Shown: positions 50,045-60,232, counted from the first letter of the stretch. The stretch: DNA of 64,000 nucleotides from an uncultured bacterium (GCA_965552055.1 CBEVQO010000001.1:224001-288000), one strand, 5' to 3'. The notes: a model not told the origin generated them from the sequence alone. Made by a program: numbers and translations.

Positions 50045-51051
50045 TATCTTATTTCTTCGAGCAAAATCCAGCCCAAAGGAAGATATTTCCTTTCATCCTT
50101 TCTTACCGCCCTCTTTGTTTCGATATCTTTATTTCTATTTATCAAATTTACAGTCAAACCATAATATCCCTGACCCATGCCTATTCTCAACATAAATTTT
50201 CCTTCATTAAGCTTCTCCTCTACCACACCATGATCTATCACCTCACCTCTACTAAATTCGGAAAAAGTTTGCTTCTCAAAATCGATTAAATCCTTATAAA
50301 ATTCTTTACATTTTGCTTTCAATCCATCAAATGTAAGAATTTCGGCAAGTTCCTTATTTCTCTCTGTAAATTTTTGTCTCAGTTTCTCATCTATTAAAAT
50401 TTCACATTCAAATTCTGTATTTTCCTGCAAAATTTCACACCAGATTCTAAAGCGTTTATTTTTTCTTCTATGTAGCACTGTCACGGGTTCAACTATCAAC
50501 CTATCCAGCTTTACTGGATTTGTGTCCCGTATGATAAGACATCTTAATATATCATCCTGGGGAGTGTTATTGATACGCAATAACTTTTCTAACTCCCTTT
50601 CATTGGAGGGCAATTTTTCCCCGGATTTAAGGATAGAATAAAGTAATGCCGTTCTTATAGCTCCCTTTATCTCCGAACCAGGAATATATGGCCCAGGTTC
50701 ATTATATTTCTCATTATACTGCTTTATAAAAGTATGGATTTTATCTCGTGGAATTTCTTTATAACTTAATTTATAATAATAGTTTTCTCGTTGCTTTGAT
50801 TTACTTAACAAATCATTATGTTGTCTTAAAAATTCTGTCATTTCTATTCTGCCCCGCTTCGCTTGTTCCAACAACTCGTTTCCACATCTTTTATATATTT
50901 CTTCAAACATTTCTTCTTTTAGGTAATAAACACTTTTATTTTCCTCATCATAGATATAAGTAAATGGTGTAAATTCTTCTCCACTTCCTATAAAAACCGG
51001 TGTCAATGTGTGAATTTTAAATTTCTTTATTGTATAAAGAGAGGAAGACAT
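50044..51051 (-). CDS. csm5: Type III-A RAMP Csm5
   Basis: TLTPVFIGSG, PYIPGSEIKGAIRTA, LRIGMGQG. Confidence 0.92.
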   Translation of the reverse strand: MSSSLYTIKKFKIHTLTPVFIGSGEEFTPFTYIYDEENKSVYYLKEEMFEEIYKRCGNELLEQAKRGRIEMTEFLRQHNDLLSKSKQRENYYYKLSYKEIPRDKIHTFIKQYNEKYNEPGPYIPGSEIKGAIRTALLYSILKSGEKLPSNERELEKLLRINNTPQDDILRCLIIRDTNPVKLDRLIVEPVTVLHRRKNKRFRIWCEILQENTEFECEILIDEKLRQKFTERNKELAEILTFDGLKAKCKEFYKDLIDFEKQTFSEFSRGEVIDHGVVEEKLNEGKFMLRIGMGQGYYGLTVNLINRNKDIETKRAVRKDERKYLPLGWILLEEIR

Positions 51052-52022
51052 AGTCCGCTCCTTATTACTCTATAATTTTTGTCCTCTTTTACAAAATTAA
51101 TTTCGCAAATTTTTCCATAAATCTCTTTTTCTTTTAATATTTTAACCTTTGAACCTTCTTTTATAAATTTAATCAACTTTTTATGTTTGCCAAAGGGAGC
51201 AAATTCAAATTTAGTTTCAGGAGCATATATTATTGACTCAATTTCGAAACTTTCAGGAGGAAAATGTATCTCTCCGTCATCGGGAATATACCTTGAAAGA
51301 CAAACAAAATACTCCCCTTTTCTATTTAAAAGTCCTTTAATTTCGGATGGCACATCAATTATCTCCGTTGCAAACTGATTATAGCCCGCACTCTTTTCCC
51401 CTCCTATCCCTGTATCTGCCAGATATTTTAAAAGAGGTTCAAAATAACCCTTATCATACAGTGTTCTTAAAATAAAATATAATTCGAAATTCCTGTTTAA
51501 CATTATATACCGCTTAAAAAATAATTTCCCTTCTTCTGTACTATGTTTCAATCTATTAATCTCATTGCGGATTACAATTCCTGTTGTCATTAATCTATCT
51601 TTTATCTCTCCTAAACTCACTATTCCTTTATCTTCGTTTAAATTTTCTTCCGTTTTAAATTCTTTTAGAGTTTTTTCGCCATTTTCGATAAACTTTCTCC
51701 AGAAAGACACGCTCCAGTATTTCGCTTTTTTAAATTCTTTCCATTTCTCATCTTTCCCCTGCAATATGCCCATAAACAATTTAATAACTCCAGCACATAC
51801 AGGAAAAGTAAAAACTTGTTTTTTATAAACCGGAAAAGATGAACTGACACAGAATATTTTTTCACCATTTATAAATGCGTTTATCACTTTGTTTAATTCA
51901 TTTTCTCCATAAATGAACCTTATTGCCCACATTAAAGCACCAAACAGGGTATCGGAGTGGGGAAAATCTTTTATAAAACCTTTTGGCTTTAGATAGACAA
52001 TATAATCGTTATAATTCTTCAT
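51027..52022 (-). CDS. csm4: Type III-A Csm4
   Basis: HSDTLFGAL, VSSSFP, GIGGEKSAGYNQF, EGS. Confidence 0.92.
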   Translation of the reverse strand: MKNYNDYIVYLKPKGFIKDFPHSDTLFGALMWAIRFIYGENELNKVINAFINGEKIFCVSSSFPVYKKQVFTFPVCAGVIKLFMGILQGKDEKWKEFKKAKYWSVSFWRKFIENGEKTLKEFKTEENLNEDKGIVSLGEIKDRLMTTGIVIRNEINRLKHSTEEGKLFFKRYIMLNRNFELYFILRTLYDKGYFEPLLKYLADTGIGGEKSAGYNQFATEIIDVPSEIKGLLNRKGEYFVCLSRYIPDDGEIHFPPESFEIESIIYAPETKFEFAPFGKHKKLIKFIKEGSKVKILKEKEIYGKICEINFVKEDKNYRVIRSGLCLPLFIQ

Positions 52023-52783
52023 TTTGAGATTTTCTCAAGTATTTTTAGCAGATTTTCTTTTATTTTCTCCGGTGGTTCTTCAAGTTTTTCGTTATCACCT
52101 TTTACAAAAATTTCCTCTTCTGGAACATTTTTTTGATAATATTCTTTTTTTCTGAAAGTAACCCTTACACCTATAAATGAAATTTTACCGTATCCTCTGG
52201 TACCTGAGCCTCCGAGATACGAATCTTGCAGTAATCTCATGCCTTCAAAAACTACAGGTAGAAGGTCTTCTACATCGTTTTCTGTAAAGACATCAAATAT
52301 CATTTCAAATTCAAATTCAGAACCTTTTGGTACTCTCTCCATTGCTCGAGGATTTGCTCTCGCTGTTATCCGATTTATCGTATTTTCCCATTTTATTTCG
52401 GTAAATATGTCTTCCCCTAAATTTTCTTTCCATTCTTTAAGTGTATTGCGGGTAGGAAATGCATCGCGCACAATTAATCTCCCCGGTTCTTTTGATTTTT
52501 CTGCTGGTACACCAAAAACTTTGCAAATTTCACAATCTCCACATTTGCAAGGTTCACCTTTATTTTCTTGAACTTTATCGTATTTCCACTCTAATAAACT
52601 TCTCATTTTCCCTTTTAAAGACGAACCAGGAATGTAAGGATAACCCGTTAGCGGATCTTTTATCACAATGCTATCAACGTCTCCTATTTCTATTTTTTCA
52701 ACCGCTGAACCTATATGCAGTCCTGTCTCAGTCCTTATTTTTCCTTTTATTATTATTTTACCCAAAAAATTCAAAACACTCAT
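52019..52783 (-). CDS. csm3: Type III-A Csm3
   Basis: TGLHIG, PYIPGSSLKGKMRSLLE, KWENTINR, YLGGSGTRGYG. Confidence 0.95.
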   Translation of the reverse strand: MSVLNFLGKIIIKGKIRTETGLHIGSAVEKIEIGDVDSIVIKDPLTGYPYIPGSSLKGKMRSLLEWKYDKVQENKGEPCKCGDCEICKVFGVPAEKSKEPGRLIVRDAFPTRNTLKEWKENLGEDIFTEIKWENTINRITARANPRAMERVPKGSEFEFEMIFDVFTENDVEDLLPVVFEGMRLLQDSYLGGSGTRGYGKISFIGVRVTFRKKEYYQKNVPEEEIFVKGDNEKLEEPPEKIKENLLKILEKISK

Positions 52784-52791
52784 CGTTCCCC

Positions 52792-53286
52792 CTATTTTCC
52801 ATGGAATTTATGAAAAGCTATTATCGCTTCCATAAATTCTGTTAATTTTTCTTTATCTTTTTCCTCACAATTGTCTATTAAAGTCTGAGTAACCTCAAAG
52901 AACAAATCATCAATTACCCCCTTGCCTTTAGCATATGCGAGTAACGGCATCAGCCTCTGCAAATCATTTTTTATATCCGTCGAAGTTTTGGTCATACGCT
53001 TCAGTTCGTTAAAAAATTTTCTCAGTTGTCGCATCTTAATATCAGAACAATAAGCAACCATTTCGGCCAATCCATCAAGTCCCACTCTCACTTTTTCAGA
53101 AAGATTAAAAAAATCGCGGGCTTTGTTTTTTATGTATCTCTTAATATCCTCCTTGAGGTTTTTCTTTTCTCTTTGAAGTACTTGATTTTGTTGCTTTTGT
53201 TCGCGTTTATCAGTAATTTTTTTAATTTCTTCGTTTCTTCTTTTTATTTTTTTAAACTCTCTTTGCAACTTTTCAAACTCATTCAT
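52792..53286 (-). CDS. csm2: Type III-A Csm2
   Basis: QLRKFF, LAYAKG, FMEAIIAFHK. Confidence 0.9.
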   Translation of the reverse strand: MNEFEKLQREFKKIKRRNEEIKKITDKREQKQQNQVLQREKKNLKEDIKRYIKNKARDFFNLSEKVRVGLDGLAEMVAYCSDIKMRQLRKFFNELKRMTKTSTDIKNDLQRLMPLLAYAKGKGVIDDLFFEVTQTLIDNCEEKDKEKLTEFMEAIIAFHKFHGK

Positions 53287-55663
53287 GACCCCTCCTTGTT
53301 AGCATTAAAGTCCAGCATACGGGTATTTTTAAATATTTAAACATATTCAAAGCCTTTGTACTCGTCAGAAGGCACTCTTTTAACCTTTCTCTTACTTCTT
53401 CTTTAACATTCCTCACCAGATGATACAACGCAAGTGGCACAAATGCATGAAATCTGTTACCATCACCAAATATTTTCCTTGCTTTCAATAAGAAATAAAG
53501 TAAATTCCTTGAAATTTTCTTCTGCTCAATATTTTCTTTCATCTCAAGTGTAAAATCTTTTATTTTTAGTTCTTTAAATTCTTCCCATGTTATTGCAGCA
53601 TCAAACAATGTTAAGCGATTTTTCCCTTCCTCTTTGGAACGCATCAAAGCTCTGCCTGCCTCTTCTGATGCTAGCAACACTGGTAAATGTGGACGCTCAA
53701 ACACTATCCCGCACGAAATAGAGAAATCAGCACAACTGCAAAATTCTTTGAACTTATCGTTGAATTCAACAGCAAAATCAGGTAAACATGAAGCAGGTCC
53801 TATAAGCATAATATCATCACCTCCTGCAAAAACAAGATAAATAGCATTTTCCTCTTTCAACTTATAAAAATACTTTTTATCAAGCAAATCCGTATTTTTA
53901 CTGTATTCCTTACAGAATAAGTTAAGATAGCCCGAGAAGAAATAATCCAGAAATCTTATAAAGGTACAATAGGCGGATAAACGCAATTTCCTGCAAACTT
54001 CCCTCAATGTTATCCCAAGATTATCCATATCTATTTTTAAATACCCTATCTTCTTATCTCCCAAACTCATCTCCGAAATAGTATCAAGTGATAGAACAGT
54101 ATCTGGCGCTTCCTCAAAACCTTTCTCGTTTTTAAATTTTATATTTGCTATGGGTACAGCATTACCCACACAGTATATTCCAAAAATACCATCGGGTTTA
54201 TTTAAAGAAAGAACATCAATTACATCATCGTGCTTCAAAAATTCTTTAGCATCTCTTTTATCGCTCAAAAGATATACAACGCCAAATTTGTCAAATTTTA
54301 TTAATTTCACTCCGCCCTTAAGAGTCGCTCCTTTTACAGGATTTTTAGCAAAAACAATATAAGAGCATTTTGGTAGAAATGAACCTATTTCTTCAAATTG
54401 TTTGCATCTATCACATCTATCATCAACAACTGTTTTTTGCGGTAACTTACAAATAGGGCATTCGTTAACATCTTCTATCTGGAAGAAATTAGTATCTTTT
54501 ACTATCATCGAAAGTTTATTGCTTTTCCTCTCTTCTATCATCCTGCGTGCTTTCTCATCTGCTACCCTGAATTTGTCAGCAAGACCTCCGGAACCCTCCT
54601 CCATTCTTAATTCATAAGAAGAATAACCGACCACAAGAATAAGATTGCCATAAAACAAATACCATAACCATTCGTTAATTTCCTTTACAATTTCCTCTAA
54701 TTTGTTTACCGTATCTTCCTTTTTTGGAATCTCTATGATAAAATTACCACCTTTGGCAAACAACAAATTGGTAAGAGATAAATCAAATTCGTTAAGAATG
54801 TACCTTGCGAGTACATCCTGTAAAATCTGAAGATAAAAAGACCTGCCTCTCAACATTTTACTACCCTGATCAGCTTTTATCTCTTTTGTCTTTAATTGAC
54901 GGAAGACAAAATCCTGAATCCCTGACAGGTCGCCCACCACATGAAGCATTTCGGTGGCTCCTTCACAGTAAGCATCAGCTAACACAGCCGTGAGCTTTAA
55001 ATGGTCATAAAGTGAACATTGGGTTTTCTCCATAGAAGTAGAAGGAACAAAGGTCGCATACACCTCCAAAAAATGAAGAAACTGATTCGTGAAACGGTCT
55101 ATATCTTTTATACTCTTGATGTTTACACCATCTTGCACTACCTTGTTTTTAATCTGCATACACAAATTTTTATATTTCATTTCGGGATTTTCTGTTTTAT
55201 TTTCCAATGGAAAAATATTTTCCAGTTTAAGCACATCTATTTCGTATATGCACTGCTCACAGAAAGGAGAATAAAGCCAGTATTCTTCCTTTGACTTCTC
55301 TTCTGTCCTGTCAGTAGCAGCTGCTAATCTATCGGCATATTGTATAAATCTCATTGCATCTTGTAACTCTTCCTTTGTTTCACTCAACGGCAGATGATGT
55401 TTGCTAATTAAAATATCAAGGTCACTCTTTTCTTCTTCACTTAAGCATTCTATATATTGCTGGAAAAATTCGTAGAAATCTGCAGAATAAGCTGCATGTC
55501 TATGGGTATACTCACCTTTTTCATTTTCTGGACAAACAGCGGGTACGATTTCATTTTCGATTTCGACCCATGAATTCCTTTTAAATGCATATTTTCCGCG
55601 ATGGCTCATTTTCCCTATGTCGTGTAATAAGGCAGCGATGCGAACAAGTTTACGCATTCGCAT
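53279..55663 (-). CDS. cas10: Cas10/Csm1 with HD nuclease and GGDD palm
   Basis: ALLHDIGK, SLYDH, GDLSGIQDF, LRGRSF, DMDNLG, FAGGDD. The second ATG (55663) is preferred from promoter spacing. Confidence 0.95.
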   Translation of the reverse strand: MRMRKLVRIAALLHDIGKMSHRGKYAFKRNSWVEIENEIVPAVCPENEKGEYTHRHAAYSADFYEFFQQYIECLSEEEKSDLDILISKHHLPLSETKEELQDAMRFIQYADRLAAATDRTEEKSKEEYWLYSPFCEQCIYEIDVLKLENIFPLENKTENPEMKYKNLCMQIKNKVVQDGVNIKSIKDIDRFTNQFLHFLEVYATFVPSTSMEKTQCSLYDHLKLTAVLADAYCEGATEMLHVVGDLSGIQDFVFRQLKTKEIKADQGSKMLRGRSFYLQILQDVLARYILNEFDLSLTNLLFAKGGNFIIEIPKKEDTVNKLEEIVKEINEWLWYLFYGNLILVVGYSSYELRMEEGSGGLADKFRVADEKARRMIEERKSNKLSMIVKDTNFFQIEDVNECPICKLPQKTVVDDRCDRCKQFEEIGSFLPKCSYIVFAKNPVKGATLKGGVKLIKFDKFGVVYLLSDKRDAKEFLKHDDVIDVLSLNKPDGIFGIYCVGNAVPIANIKFKNEKGFEEAPDTVLSLDTISEMSLGDKKIGYLKIDMDNLGITLREVCRKLRLSAYCTFIRFLDYFFSGYLNLFCKEYSKNTDLLDKKYFYKLKEENAIYLVFAGGDDIMLIGPASCLPDFAVEFNDKFKEFCSCADFSISCGIVFERPHLPVLLASEEAGRALMRSKEEGKNRLTLFDAAITWEEFKELKIKDFTLEMKENIEQKKISRNLLYFLLKARKIFGDGNRFHAFVPLALYHLVRNVKEEVRERLKECLLTSTKALNMFKYLKIPVCWTLMLTRRGHE

Positions 55664-55702
55664 CATAAATTATATGTCCACAGAAGGGTTGTCAAGAAAA
55701 AA

Positions 55703-56632
55703 TCAGGGTAAAATTTCTATTTTGTATTTGCCGTGACCAAAAGAGGTTGCCTTACCCACATGAATATACTCCCCCGCTCTGAGATAAGGTAAAAATGGTG
55801 ACAAATCGCCCTCAAAACCCATCTCCCCTACAAATCCACCGAGTTTCATATCCATCCTCTGACGCTTCGAATATCTAACCAGTTCCTTCCATTTTAAATT
55901 ACGGAATGTAAGATTGACCCCCTTTGCTTTTTCAAGTAAATACGAGGGTATTTGCCACTCCTCTCCACAATATTGCAATGACAACAAATATAACCTGCGT
56001 AATAAGTTTCGGATAAATAAAGGAAAATCCATCTTTTCGGATTCCATCAAAATTTGTTTTTGAAATTTTATCCTGATTGGTGTTAAAAATTTTATCCGCA
56101 ATTTTTTGACATCCTCCTCCAGAAAATCTTTAAATGTATAGAGAAGTAATTTATCGGGAATAAACGGACTCTTTCTTTCGTATGCCACAAGTGCTTTGTT
56201 TTGCTTCACATTTTCAACACTTTCTACACTAAAAGTTATTTTCTCCCTCAATATCCCCCTATTACCCATATCTTCGAACACGCAAATAAAATAAGGAAGA
56301 AATTTGATAGCATCGCCTATCAGTATCAATTTAAGCTGTAAAATATCACCAGCACTTATCACTCCGGTGTAAGAGGGAAGTTCCATTACAAAAGGCTGGG
56401 GTAAATGCTTTACTTTTTCACCTGTACACGCTTCGAAAATATAAGAATAAACACAGTGCTTTCTCAAAATACAATTTTCGCACTCGGTTTTTCTGATGCA
56501 GACAAGTTTTTTAAAACAGGAACCAAAAATTCCACGCAATAAACTACCTGTAAATTTTGTTAAATCTAAATCTTTAAATATGCGGAGATAAAAATTGAAA
56601 ACAGCGAATCTAAATTTTTTCGGCACATCCAC
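55703..56632 (-). CDS. cas6: Cas6 (Cys-cluster type)
   Basis: GSLLRGIFG, CxxxxxCxxCxxxxxC, HVGKATSFGHG. Likely start is GTG 56632, 5 nt after a TTGACA-N15-TAAATT promoter. Confidence 0.9.
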   Translation of the reverse strand: MDVPKKFRFAVFNFYLRIFKDLDLTKFTGSLLRGIFGSCFKKLVCIRKTECENCILRKHCVYSYIFEACTGEKVKHLPQPFVMELPSYTGVISAGDILQLKLILIGDAIKFLPYFICVFEDMGNRGILREKITFSVESVENVKQNKALVAYERKSPFIPDKLLLYTFKDFLEEDVKKLRIKFLTPIRIKFQKQILMESEKMDFPLFIRNLLRRLYLLSLQYCGEEWQIPSYLLEKAKGVNLTFRNLKWKELVRYSKRQRMDMKLGGFVGEMGFEGDLSPFLPYLRAGEYIHVGKATSFGHGKYKIEILP

Positions 56633-56714
56633 ATTTAAATTTAATGCAGATAAAAGAATGTCAAGATTTAAACATATTAGAAAAATTACAATTTTATGCA
56701 CAAAGAAAAACCTG

Positions 56715-57156
56715 TCCCTCCTATTAAGGCAGGCAATCCCCCTATTAAGGGTCAAAAACAGGCAAACATTTCGGCGGTGGATAGGTAAAGTTAAAATTGC
56801 AATCCCCCTATTAAGGGTCAAAAACTGTGTTATCCGCTTCAGTAATCGAAACGAGATAGACATTGCAATCCCCCTATTAAGGGTCAAAAACACGATTTGC
56901 ATTTAAAATATCGTTGTCCATTAGATAGTTGCAATCCCCCTATTAAGGGTCAAAAACATTATGGAAGGCCTGAGCACAGTTGCTAAAAAGCTAGGTTGCA
57001 ATCCCCCTATTAAGGGTCAAAAACGAGGCAAAGATGAGAGTCATGGAAATTTGGAAGAAGTTGCAATCCCCCTATTAAGGGTCAAAAACCTATTATGAAA
57101 CACAAAAAGAAAGTTGTTTTATTCGCGTTGCAATCCCCCTATTAAGGGTCAAAAAC
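56715..57156 (-). CRISPR. CRISPR array 2: 7 repeats plus a fragment; GTTTTTGACCCTTAATAGGGGGATTGCAAC (30 bp, minus strand)
   Basis: Repeats at 56730, 56796, 56862, 56928, 56995, 57060, 57127; degenerate on the left, leader on the right. Confidence 0.96.
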
Positions 57157-57280
57157 CCGTTTTTCAAGGAGCTCTTTTTCATTATTTTATAATGATTTTT
57201 GCAAACTGTCAAGTCCATTTTTTGAAAAAATTCCGTGTCGACCCCCAATAGCCCTGAAACCCCAGGGGATCGACAACCCG
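57157..57280 (-). promoter_or_regulatory. Array 2 leader with promoter and GTCGAC-type inverted repeat
   Basis: TTGACA (57212-57207)-N15-TATAAA (57191-57186); GTCGACCCCC...GGGGATCGAC at 57237-57274. Confidence 0.75.
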
Positions 57281-57287
57281 CATCCAC

Positions 57288-58385
57288 TTAAATTATTTTT
57301 TCAAGTTCATCCTGAAGGAACCTTTTGTGTAAAAGATGTTCACATGTCGTTGTTAAAATCAGTTCAATTCCAATCTCCCCATCACTATAATTAATTTTTA
57401 TTTTCTCGGGAAGCTCATCCGAATATCTGTCTTTATGTATTTTTGTTTCGGTTCCCTTTTGCAGACGCTTTACTTCTATTTTTTTAATATATTTTGTTTT
57501 TTCCAGCTTTCTAATGAATTCCTTAAATCCCCGGGGACGATGATGACCCTCAATGCCTACCTCTTCGATTTCTCCATCGTATCCGGGAGGTCTTATTTTT
57601 GATTTTTCGTAATAATCTTCATTTCGTTTGTAAGCTTCCCAGTAGATGTATCCAAGAGCAGAAAGCCAGATTTTTCCTTCAACTTCATCGATGAGTGAAT
57701 GGATATCATCCAGTTTGCCTGTTTTCTTTACTATTTTTTCTTTTTCAAGCTCCTTTTTTGCAGCGAGCAATGCTATCGCTTCCCTGTATTTGTGTATGAT
57801 TTCTAAATCTATTGTCACTGGTGGACTAGGTAAGTCAATTATATATCCGAATCTTTCATGCATATAGAAAACGGGGACTTTGTGAACCTGACCGAAGGCA
57901 GAAGCATAAGATACCTGAGCTTTATATCCGCCTGTGGCATTTATTCCCCATGAGCCTTCTGTTTCCCTGCGTTTTATGAAAGCAAGTTTTTTCACAAGCT
58001 CTACCAGTCCTTTTCTTCTAAAGGTATCGGGGTCTGCATCGGTGAGCCCTTCTATTTTTAATATCTCAACCTTTGATTTCCATTTCTTTTCTATGTAACA
58101 CTTAAGAAACTTCCCTATAATCTCACCGTCAGAGGTATCTGAAACGAGAAGGTAAACTTTTTGAAGTTCTTTGATATACTTTTGCTCTAAAAGGGATTGT
58201 ATTGAGTTTATTTCTGCTCCCAGGATTTTTTCCGATGGTTCCAATCCTTTAAGGCAATGATATAACTTGTCGAATTCCCTGTTCTGAAGTAGAGACAACA
58301 AATCTCTTTTGCCCTCTCTTTCGAGATTTGTTTTGAAGCTTGTACCCACGGTTACGGCAAGCACTTTTAAATCGAAGCGCCACAT
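57288..58385 (-). CDS. APE2256/Sso1393-like CARF protein with C-terminal HH domain
   Basis: VTVGTS, GAEINSI, INATGGYKAQ, VFYMHERF, LPSPPV; C-terminal GHHRP domain. Confidence 0.82.
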   Translation of the reverse strand: MWRFDLKVLAVTVGTSFKTNLEREGKRDLLSLLQNREFDKLYHCLKGLEPSEKILGAEINSIQSLLEQKYIKELQKVYLLVSDTSDGEIIGKFLKCYIEKKWKSKVEILKIEGLTDADPDTFRRKGLVELVKKLAFIKRRETEGSWGINATGGYKAQVSYASAFGQVHKVPVFYMHERFGYIIDLPSPPVTIDLEIIHKYREAIALLAAKKELEKEKIVKKTGKLDDIHSLIDEVEGKIWLSALGYIYWEAYKRNEDYYEKSKIRPPGYDGEIEEVGIEGHHRPRGFKEFIRKLEKTKYIKKIEVKRLQKGTETKIHKDRYSDELPEKIKINYSDGEIGIELILTTTCEHLLHKRFLQDELEKII

Positions 58386-58440
58386 ACTCCCCCCTTCGCA
58401 TATTATACACCAAATAACTTATTGTCAAGAAAATCCAAAA

Positions 58441-59394
58441 ATTCCCAATCCCCAAAGAGGGTCTTCAACAGTATATTAAGGAGATACGGGTTAGCAACAT
58501 AAGAGTGTTTCAATCCCCCAAAGAGGGTCTTCAACTCAGAAAATCGTTTCGCTCAATGACATTAAACAATTGTTTCAATCCCCCAAAGAGGGTCCTCAAC
58601 GCACGGTATTCGCACCTTCCAAGTTAGCATACGCAAGTTTCAATCCCCCAAAGAGGGTCTTCAACGAAGAGAGAATGAGAACAGATAAAAAAGAGTTTCC
58701 AATGTTTCAATCCCCCAAAGAGGGTCTTCAACTTAACCTATACGCCGGGATTCAAGAAAACGAAAACGACGTTTCAATCCCCCAAAGAGGGTCTTCAACT
58801 TTAATCCAGAAATAGTCAAAATGGAAGAATACGCTAGTTTCAATCCCCCAAAGAGGGTCTTCAACACAACAAAACATCTTCGCGTTCATACAGCGCAACT
58901 TTGTTTCAATCCCCCAAAGAGGGTCTTCAACAAATAGTTAAAGGTCCCAACCTCGAACCTGAAGAAGGGTTTCAATCCCCCAAAGAGGGTCTTCAACGTG
59001 AGACCTGATGAGTTGTATTCTCTTGGGATATTGAGTTTCAATCCCCCAAAGAGGGTCTTCAACTAGGCAAAGAGGTAGTGGAATTTTTGATGAAAGACAA
59101 GTTTCAATCCCCCAAAGAGGGTCTTCAACAAAAGGAGGTATGATGAGTATGCTGTCACAAATACTAGTTTCAATCCCCCAAAGAGGGTCTTCAACTTAAA
59201 ACTGATGGAAAATTTTTAATAATTGCTAAAGAGTTTCAATCCCCCAAAGAGGGTCTTCAACAAAGATAAAATTTTATGCCCACCACGTAGATACAGAGTT
59301 TCAATCCCCCAAAGAGGGTCTTCAACTAAATTGTATGAAAGAGGCTTAGAATTTTTGAAGGCAAAGTTTCAATCCCCCAAAGAGGGTCTTCAAC
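58441..59394 (-). CRISPR. CRISPR array 3: 15 repeats; GTTGAAGACCCTCTTTGGGGGATTGAAAC (29 bp, minus strand)
   Basis: About 66 bp period; degenerate repeat at 58441; hairpin CCCTC-TTT-GGGGG directly before ATTGAAAC. Confidence 0.98.
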
Positions 59395-59536
59395 CGCAAA
59401 AAATTTGTTATTATTCTTTAATTTAGGTATCATTTTATCAAAAATTTTTGTCAAACCTCCGGTTTCATTTTCAAAGAACTCACAATATAATTGATTTCAC
59501 CCATCATACATTATAACCTTATTCTGTGAATGTCAA
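59395..59536 (-). promoter_or_regulatory. Array 3 leader and promoter
   Basis: TTGACA (59536-59531)-N15-TATAAT (59515-59510); 59395-59489 is homologous to the array 1 leader. Confidence 0.78.
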
Positions 59537-59591
59537 CCATTTTTAATTTCAAAATTTCATCACTAATAGATATGGCAATAAAAGAAATTGT

Positions 59592-60161
59592 TTAAATATT
59601 CTTAACTTTTGCAAATAACTGATGCTCGTAATTTTTCAAAACTATGCCCTCTTTATCACCATCCCTGTAATCGCTCCCTTTTAACAGCTCGTTAATCTTA
59701 TCCATCGTAAGATACCCCTTATAAAGAAGAGGAATTATGTGAATCTTCTCCAATCCTATCTTTTTAATCAACTTAACTGCATCCCGATAGGGTATAAATC
59801 TCTCTTTCTCCAGATCATAAACATCTATGAGGAAAAATTGATTTGTCCATTGTGGATAATATCTCAAAGTGTGAGGATAAAGAAATTCTCCATAAACTAT
59901 TATATCTTCCGGTAATTTATATAGGGAAGGATTTGTATAAACCCATTCCCAGAATATCCTGAACCAGGGTTTTGCATCCAGATTTTTGTCAGAAAGATAA
60001 CCCGAGCGTGAGCCACAGAGCAACACCCCCTTTATTTTCCTTATCTGGGTATTGGCTCCATCCAGCTTCTCATAAACTTCCAGAGGATAATTTAAAATCT
60101 CGGGAACATATTGCAACCTGTAAATCTTTGGATACCTTTTAAATGGATACTGTTCAGCCAT
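59592..60161 (-). CDS. ATP-dependent RNA ligase (Rnl nucleotidyltransferase domain only)
   Basis: Motifs EKLDG (I), GEF (III), FLIDV (IIIa), EGIVLK (IV), AKVKN (V); likely ATG at 60161. Confidence 0.82.
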   Translation of the reverse strand: MAEQYPFKRYPKIYRLQYVPEILNYPLEVYEKLDGANTQIRKIKGVLLCGSRSGYLSDKNLDAKPWFRIFWEWVYTNPSLYKLPEDIIVYGEFLYPHTLRYYPQWTNQFFLIDVYDLEKERFIPYRDAVKLIKKIGLEKIHIIPLLYKGYLTMDKINELLKGSDYRDGDKEGIVLKNYEHQLFAKVKNI

Positions 60162-60232
60162 CACAATATTATTAGCATTTTTTGCGAATGTCAATTATTT
60201 TTATTGACAAATTCTTTTCACAATTATAATAA

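Noticed and set aside
56633..56906. N-terminal extension of cas6 to 56902 and the + strand ORF 56595-56906
   Set aside because: Both run through array 2 repeats; the promoter position supports GTG 56632 as the start.
58570..59426. Short ORFs inside array 3
   Set aside because: Repeat-derived (FQSPKEG / FNPPKRVFN).
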